Positions 57,185-64,000 of a stretch of DNA of 64,000 nt are shown here, in pieces. This DNA is from Malacoraja senta (taxonomy: Eukaryota). The notes beneath the pieces are model-generated. The model saw only the letters and a program-made list of their open reading frames with translations. It ran no database searches and was not told the origin of the DNA. Position numbers and translations under genes: made by a program. The first letter of the stretch is position 1; each line of letters starts with the position of its first letter. Location: positions 5,270,001-5,334,000 of the forward strand of contig CM075988.1 in the NCBI GenBank assembly GCA_038087875.1. Direction: 5' to 3'.

Positions 57185-57480
57185 TTAGAGTTTAGAGATA
57201 GAGTGCCGAAACAGGCCCTTCGGCCCACCGAGTCTGTGCCGACCAGCAATTTCCCTGTACGCCAACACTATCCGACTCACTAGGGACAATTTTACTGAAG
57301 CCAATTGACCTACAAACCTGTACATCTTTACAGTGTGGAAGGAAATTGAAGCATCTGGAGAAATCCTCCATGGTCACGGGGAGAACCTACAAACTCCGTA
57401 CTGACAGCACCCGTGGTCAGGATCGAACCCAGGTCTCTGGCGCTAGAAAGCAGCAACTCTACTGCTGCACCACCGTGCCG
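57185..57480 (-). mobile_element. V-SINE (HE1-like)
   Basis: Full-length match to other copies. Confidence 0.88.
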
Positions 57481-57659
57481 CTCAGTAGTGTAACAAGTAA
57501 AATGTATCCACAGTGAGACTTTTGACTTCACTGGTCTGAATCATAATGATCCTTATTTACTCACAGAACGAGGAAGGTTGACACCCCCACTTCTGGCCTC
57601 CCTGGTGTACACTGCTTAAAATGTAAGCTGCCTCCTCACTGAGATCTTTGACCTCCTGT

Positions 57660-57962
57660 GCAGCAACAGTGGCACAGCGGTAGAGTTGCTGCCTAGCAGC
57701 ACCAAGGAACCCGGTTCGATCCTGACTACAGGTGCGCTCAGATCGCAGCTTGTACGTTCTACGCATGGCTGCGTGGATTTTCTCCGGGTGCTTCAGTTTC
57801 CTCCCATATTCCAAGGAGGTGCAGGTTTGTAGGTTAATTGGCTTTGGTAAAATTGTAAATTGTACCTAGTGTGTAGCATAGAACTAGCGTACTGATGATC
57901 ACTGGTAGGCACAGACTCAGTGGGCCGAAGGACCTGTTTCCATGCTGTAACTCTAAAACTAA
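57660..57962 (+). mobile_element. V-SINE (HE1-like)
   Basis: GGTTCGATCC B-box, core and tail. Confidence 0.88.
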
Positions 57963-58230
57963 AGCGAAAACTCTGACCTGAAACACAACCTCAGATGGCG
58001 TCAAAGTATCGGTCATTCTCAACTTCCTGACCTCAAGACCATTCCAGGTTGCTGCTGATCTTTGCTATATCTTACAATCTGCTGCTGTCTGCTTCATTAG
58101 GCAGCCCCCCAAAACTCATACTCACGGAGAGGAGAAGCCATCTACTGTTTATTCAGCCTCCAAGAACGGGCAGAGTGGACACAGGTAACCACCTGCGTTT
58201 GAAGGCTTCTCACAAGGGCAAGTATTCACA

Positions 58231-58545
58231 GGGTGGCACAGTAGCGCAGCTGGTAGAACTGCAGCCTCACAGCGGCAGGGATCTTGGGCTCGATCCTGAC
58301 CTCGAGTGCTATTGCGTGGATTTTCAACACTCTCCCTTTGGCTCTGTGGGTTTCCTCTGGGTGCTCCGGATTCCTCCCATATCCAAAAGACTTTTTTAAT
58401 TAATTGTTTTTGTGCAGCTTTTTAAATTAATTGGCCTCTGAAAAATTCCCCTTAATGTGTGGAAGTGGGATATGAAACTAGTGTGAAGGGTGATCGATGG
58501 TTGGCATGGACTCGATGGGCCAAAGGGTCTGTTCCATGCTGTACC
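58231..58545 (+). mobile_element. Diverged V-SINE (HE1-like)
   Basis: Head and core recognisable. Confidence 0.8.
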
Positions 58546-58569
58546 TTAAATTAAGATTAACTAGTCCTC

Positions 58570-58915
58570 TCATAAATTCATGTTCATAAATTCGAGGAGC
58601 AGAATTAAGCCATTCAGCCCGTCAATCAGCCTCATGGCTAATCTATCTTTCCCACTCAACCCCATTCTACTGCCTTCTCCCCATAACTCCTGACACACGT
58701 AATAATCGAGAATCTGTCAATCTCCGTCTTAAAAATATCCATTGACTTGACCTCCACAGCCTCTGTGGCAAAGAATTCCGCAGATTCACCACCCTCTGAC
58801 TAAAGAAATTCCTTCTCATCTTCTTTTTAAAGGTATGTCCATTTATTCTGAGCTTTGGCCTCTGGTACTGAACTCTCCCACTAGTGGAAACATCCACTCC
58901 ACATTCACTCTAGCC
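58570..58915 (-). mobile_element. CR1/HER1-type LINE 3' end
   Basis: RRNFFSQRVVNLRNSLPQ. Confidence 0.85.
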
Positions 58916-59006
58916 AGGTCTCACGTAGAGCTCTGTAGCGACTCCAGCCAGGAGCTCACCAGGTCTCATGTAGACCTCTGTAGCAACTCCAGCCAGGAGC
59001 TCACCA
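58914..59006. repeat. 45-bp tandem duplication
   Basis: CCAGGTCTCACGTAGAGCTCTGTAGCGACTCCAGCCAGGAGCTCA twice. Confidence 0.9.
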
Positions 59007-60019
59007 GAGCCCTGAGCCCCTGCCTCAAAGAACATGTTTCCAGCAGATATAGTTCTTCATCAACTCTCCAATTCACCCTGCTCCCAGGCACCACCCATAC
59101 GCTCCACCCATTTCAACATCCATTCATGCTCCTGGAACTGGAAGTGTGTTGCTTTGTGTAGGAACTGCAGATGCTGGTTTACACCAAAGATGGACACTAA
59201 ATGCTGGAGTAACTCAGCGGGACAGGCAGCATCTCTGGAGAAAAGGAATGGGTGACATTTCCATCTTTAGTTTAGTTTAGTTTAGAGCTACAGCGCGGAA
59301 ACAGGCCCCTTTTTCCGACAGAGAATCAGGGGAGAGGGAGACATCGAGACATGGAAGGTTAAGGTGTGAAAGCGAGAGATCAAAGGGATGAAGTTCAAGG
59401 ATAAATCATTGTTAACGAGGGGAAGGTGACAACGAGGCACGCAGAGTAAAATTTAGGTCAGGAGGATCAGTTGCTTGGTTGGTGCCAGGTCTCTTTAAGA
59501 GCTGGTTTCAGAGATCATGCCAGTGGACTATATTATATCAGCGGTGAACATTTATAGCACATCATTAAAGGAGGACTGGTGAAATTAAGCGCTGACAGTT
59601 TCAAAATGGAGCTTCCAGTGAAACCTGACAGTGTCTTTCTTTGAACCTTGCAATCAACTCTGTAGATCCACGGAGTCGTTCACAAGAACTGGGTCTTTTG
59701 GCCCTTCCAATTCCCGCTTGAAATCTTTCTAGCTTGCTTCATCTACTTTCATCTTTCTAAACCTTTCATCTTTCTAAACCCTTTTACTTTTTGACCAAAT
59801 TTAAAGAGTCAGATTACAAGAGGGAGATTGAAAATATGATTAAATGGGGCCAGAAAAATATTCTTGATCTCAATGCCGGCAAGACCAAGGAGCTGATTGT
59901 CGACTTGTGGAGCGGAAAGCCAAAGGTCCACGAACCTGCCAGGACTCTAAACTATTCTGAACTTGCAATGCTGTTCAAACAGAGGCATAAATAGGGCAGA
60001 GACTCACAACCTTTCCCAA

Positions 60020-60357
60020 GGGCAACACGGTGGTGCAGCGATAGAACTACTTCCTTTTAGCACCAACTACTTCCTTTTAGCACCAGAGACCTGGGTTTGA
60101 TCCTGACTACAGTTGCTGTCTGTTCGGGGTTTGTACGTTTTCCCCCGGTGACCTGCGTGGGTTTGGTCCGAGATCTTTAGTTCCCCCCCACATTCCAAAG
60201 ACGTCGAGGTTTGTGTGTTAATTAGCTTGGTATAAATGCAAATTGTCCCTATTGCGTGTGGAATAATGTTAGTGTGTCGCTGGTCAGTGCAGACTTGGTG
60301 GGCCGAAAGGCTTGTATCTCTAAACTGCATCTCTAAACTAAACTAAACAAAACTAAA
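60020..60357 (+). mobile_element. V-SINE (HE1-like) with an internal 20-bp duplication
   Basis: AACTACTTCCTTTTAGCACC duplicated in the head; (CTAAA)n tail. Confidence 0.85.
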
Positions 60358-60743
60358 GATGGAAATGTCACAGACCAGAGAACATGGCTTTAAGGTGAGA
60401 GGGGGAAAGTTTAAAGGAGATGTGCAAGGAAAGTCCTTTTACACAGAGGGTGGTGAGTGCCTAGAATGCAGTGCCAGAGGTAGTGGTGGAGGAAGATATG
60501 ATAGTGGAGTTTAATAGGCTTTTGCATGTGGATATGCAGGGAATGGAAGGAAATGGATGATGTACAGGCAGAGGAGATTAACTTGGCATCATGTTCAGCA
60601 TAGATATTGTGGGCCGAAGGGCCTGTCCCGTGTAGTACCGCATACCTGCCAACTAGTCCAATTTTATCGTATTTGTTCCGATTTTTAAGTTAAAAATGTG
60701 TGAAAAATCAGAACAGTACGAATTTGAAATGAGGGGAAAAAAA

Positions 60744-60890
60744 CGGCCAATCAACTGCTGTCTCTTAGGGGGTTGCATCCAATCATATAATGCACTGGTC
60801 ACTCGCCGGCCAATCAGACGCTGTCTCCAAGGGGTGTTGCGGCCAATCACTGACCAGCTTTCCTTAATGAAGCAGAAGATGGCTGCAGCC
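60744..60890 (+). promoter_or_regulatory. Cluster of four CCAAT boxes plus a YY1-like motif, possibly within a DNA transposon remnant starting at 60641
   Basis: CCAATCA at 60747, 60779, 60810, 60843; AAGATGGCTGC at ~60876-60886. Confidence 0.4.
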
Positions 60891-61216
60891 AACACTTTTT
60901 CTGTGCTGTTTGCACACAGTGCTAGGCAAAGGGACATTTCGGGTAACATTCTTTGTAAGGTTTTTTTGAGCTGTATGAAGTCATTTATTTCATGAAATAT
61001 TTATCTTTTGGGGGTTATTTTACTGGGTTGTGTGTTAGAAAAATTCTAAGCTTCTGTTATGTAAACTACCAGCAGAAAGCTTGGGAATCACTTTAAATTA
61101 TTGAAAATGCAGGAGCCCCCCTGGACTCCTGGACCCCCGGCCAATACTTCCTACTTTTTTTCTGGAGGTGAATATCATGCCTGTAGGAGTTGTTTCAGGC
61201 CAGGGTTCCCGCCAAA

Positions 61217-61319
61217 TGATTCCGGGAATGCCGAGGTGAGAGAGGGAGAGAGGGAGAGAGGGAGAGAGGGAGAGAGGGAGAGGGAGGGAGAGGGAGAGAG
61301 AAAGAGGGAGGGAGGGAGG

Positions 61320-61378
<59 letters not shown>

Positions 61379-61416
61379 AGAGAGAGAGAGAGAGGGAGGG
61401 AGGGAGGGAGGGAGGG

Positions 61417-61447
<31 letters not shown>

Positions 61448-61542
61448 GAGGGAGGGAGGGAGGGAGGGAGGGAGGGAGGGAGGGAGGGAGGGAGGGAGGG
61501 AGGGAGAGAGGGAGGGAGGGAGAGAGAGAGAGAGAGAGAGAG
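61217..61542. repeat. (GA)n/(GGGA)n polypurine microsatellite
   Basis: Direct reading. Confidence 0.98.
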
Positions 61543-62014
61543 GCTGGTCGGTGTGGACTCGATGATCCAGAGGGCCTGTTTCCGCACAGTATGTCAAAAC
61601 TAAACTAAACTAAACTAAACCTGTTCATACTAGTTCTATGGAAACCAAAATTCTCACAAACTCCCTATACACTAGAGGAAATTTACAGAGGCTGATCAAC
61701 CTACACACTCACATGTTTAGGATGTGGGTAGAAACCGGAGCACCCGGAGGAAACCCACGCAATCACAGGGATCGGCTCCACACAGACAACACCCAAGCTC
61801 AGGATTGTATCCAAGTCTCTAATGCTATGAAGCAGCAGCTCCACCAGCTGTGCCACTGTGCCACCTAAGGTCTTACAAGGCCTTTTTTCACCCATTCCTT
61901 CTACCCAGGGATGCTGCCTGTCCCACTGAGTTACTCCAGCATTTTGTTTCTATCTATGGTGTAAACCAGCATCTGCAGTTCCGTCCTGCACTTGTTCATT
62001 TTTTTTTCACACAG

Positions 62015-62465
62015 TCCCATCAGCCCATCGTCTACTCTGCCATTCAATCATGGCTGATCTATCTTTTCCTCTTAACACCATTCTCCTGCCTTCTCCCCAT
62101 AACCCTTGACATCAAGAATCTATTTATCTCTGCCTAAAAAATATCCATTGACTTAACCTCCCAAGGCCATTCACCACCCTCTGACTAAATAAATTCCTCC
62201 TCATCTCCTTCCTAAAGGAACTTCATTTAATTCTGAGGCTATGACCTCTGGTCCTAGACTCTCCCACACGTGGAAACATCTTCTCCACATCCATTCTATC
62301 CATGCTTTCACTATTCGGTAATTTTCGATGAGGTGTCCCCTCATCCTTCTAAACTCCAGCAAGTACAGGCCCAGTGCCGTCAAACGCTCATCATATCCTG
62401 GGATCAATCTCGTAAACCTCCTTTGGACCCTCTCCAGAGCCAGCACATCCTTCCTCAGATATAGA
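62015..62465 (-). mobile_element. CR1/HER1-type LINE 3' fragment
   Basis: YLRKDVLALERVQRRFTRLIPG...LGLYLLEFRRMRG. Confidence 0.88.
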
Positions 62466-64000
62466 CTTCCTTCTTCAGATATTCTTGCAATCTTGGATGG
62501 AGCTGTCCCCAAACCATGTCTAGAGAAGGGTTAAAACATTGTCCATTCCGTCCTTAGATGACGCCAACCCGCTGAGTTCCTCCAGCACTTTGTGTCTTCT
62601 TTCGTAATCCAGCACCTGCAATTCCTTATGTCCACAGGAAGAGAGCCCAGTTCTGATGAATGGACTTCATTAACAAAGTTTCTCTCCCAGCAGAGGCTAC
62701 CTGATCTGTTGTGTATTTCCAGCATTTTCTGTTATTGTTTTAGATTTGTAACATTTGTTTTGTTAATGTTTCAATGATTTTTTCCATTTCTTAAAACATT
62801 AACTGTGTTTCTCAATCCACAATATCCCCTGACCTGCCTCTATAGAATACAGTGCCTCCTGAGTGATGAAATTATTGTGTTAATGGTTTAAAATGTTTCA
62901 GCATAAAATAATCCAATTGTCCAAAGCTCTCTCTCGCTCTCTCTCTGTCTCTCTCTTGTACACCCTGCAATGCATTGCCTATTGAAGCATATTGATAACT
63001 ATGTTTTCTACATAAAATGACTCCATTAAATACCTTCAATTCAATTCAATTCCTTTATTGTCATCTTGCAAGCAACAGTTGTGCAGTGCAAAACGAAAAG
63101 ACGTTTCCCAGAGCATCGCACATGATAATAACAACACTAAAACAATCCAGTCCCTGATGGAACAGTATAAGTTAAAATAGATACAAACAAAGTTAAAGTA
63201 CAGTAAGACCAATCATAAACATGTCCGGGTTGGCTGATTTGAGTGGCCAGTGCCAGTTATTGAAGTGGCCAGTGCCAGTTATTATAGTGTCCGTGCTGAT
63301 ATTCATCATTTTTACTCCTACAGACACCTCCTGAGAAATAATTACCGAGGGTTTAAGAATTTATCAATACTTTCAGCAATCCTTTCTCAACATTAAAGCC
63401 ACAGTGTGTAACATTCAGATCTCTGTCCTGCTGAACAGGCACATCATCAGCAATGCGTGCACTTGGCTAATTGCGAGATGGAAATTCCACACAACAACCA
63501 GCAAAGTAATTCTGTGAGTTATTTACTCTGCTGAAGTTTGCTCTGCCTGTTAAGTGAGAGCTTACAGTTCATTAATGATGTTGGGATGACTTCCCTGTTT
63601 GTTCACTCTGTGAAGGTTGGACAGGCTGAAGAATCTTCGTGAAGGGAGGGGATAGCGAGTGGGCTGGTGTTTACATGCCTCGGTGTTTAAAGGATCGCAG
63701 GATGAAAGGGAGAATAAATAGTTTTGCCGTCTTTGAAAGATTGAGTTTTTTCCCCAGTGTGGAAACGTCACAGAACGAATAGATGAAGATGCACGGGGCA
63801 AGGGTTTTTACACACAGAGAGGCGGGTGCCTGGGAAGCGGTGGTGGGGGCAAAATGATGGTGGCATTTAGTTTTAGGTTAGTTGTGTTTAGAGATACAGC
63901 ACAGAAAAACAGGCCCTACGGCCTACCTAGTCCGTACTGACCAGCGTCCACTATCCTAGGGCCAATTTACATTTATACCAAGCCAATTAGCCTACAAACC

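Noticed and set aside
61101..61597. ER/G-rich and SL/PP-rich ORFs (also 43052-43510, 38069-38356, 6230-6474)
   Set aside because: Microsatellite translations.

Overview
Eukaryotic, repeat-dense genomic DNA, inferred to be from a cartilaginous fish (probably a skate or ray) because of HE1-like V-SINEs with HER1/CR1-type tails plus Rex1, Penelope and DIRS families. The only convincing host gene is missing from the supplied ORF track because it has no stop codon inside the window. It is a minus-strand ORF from ATG at 5318 that runs off the left edge (at least 1772 codons). It has an N-terminal region of six CxxC motifs followed by about 1600 residues with a 9/18-residue aromatic-Asp periodicity. 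The remaining ~58 kb is mostly mobile elements: CR1/HER1, Rex1, a 5'-inverted L1, Vingi-like LINEs, Penelope fragments carrying minimal hammerhead-ribozyme cores, a DIRS element with intact terminal repeats and ICR, five Harbinger-type MITEs, a solo LTR, a probable Helitron carrying a 64-bp higher-order satellite, and a short element starting with an HDV-like ribozyme fold. Repeat boundaries were read by eye and are approximate unless a TSD or TIR is quoted.
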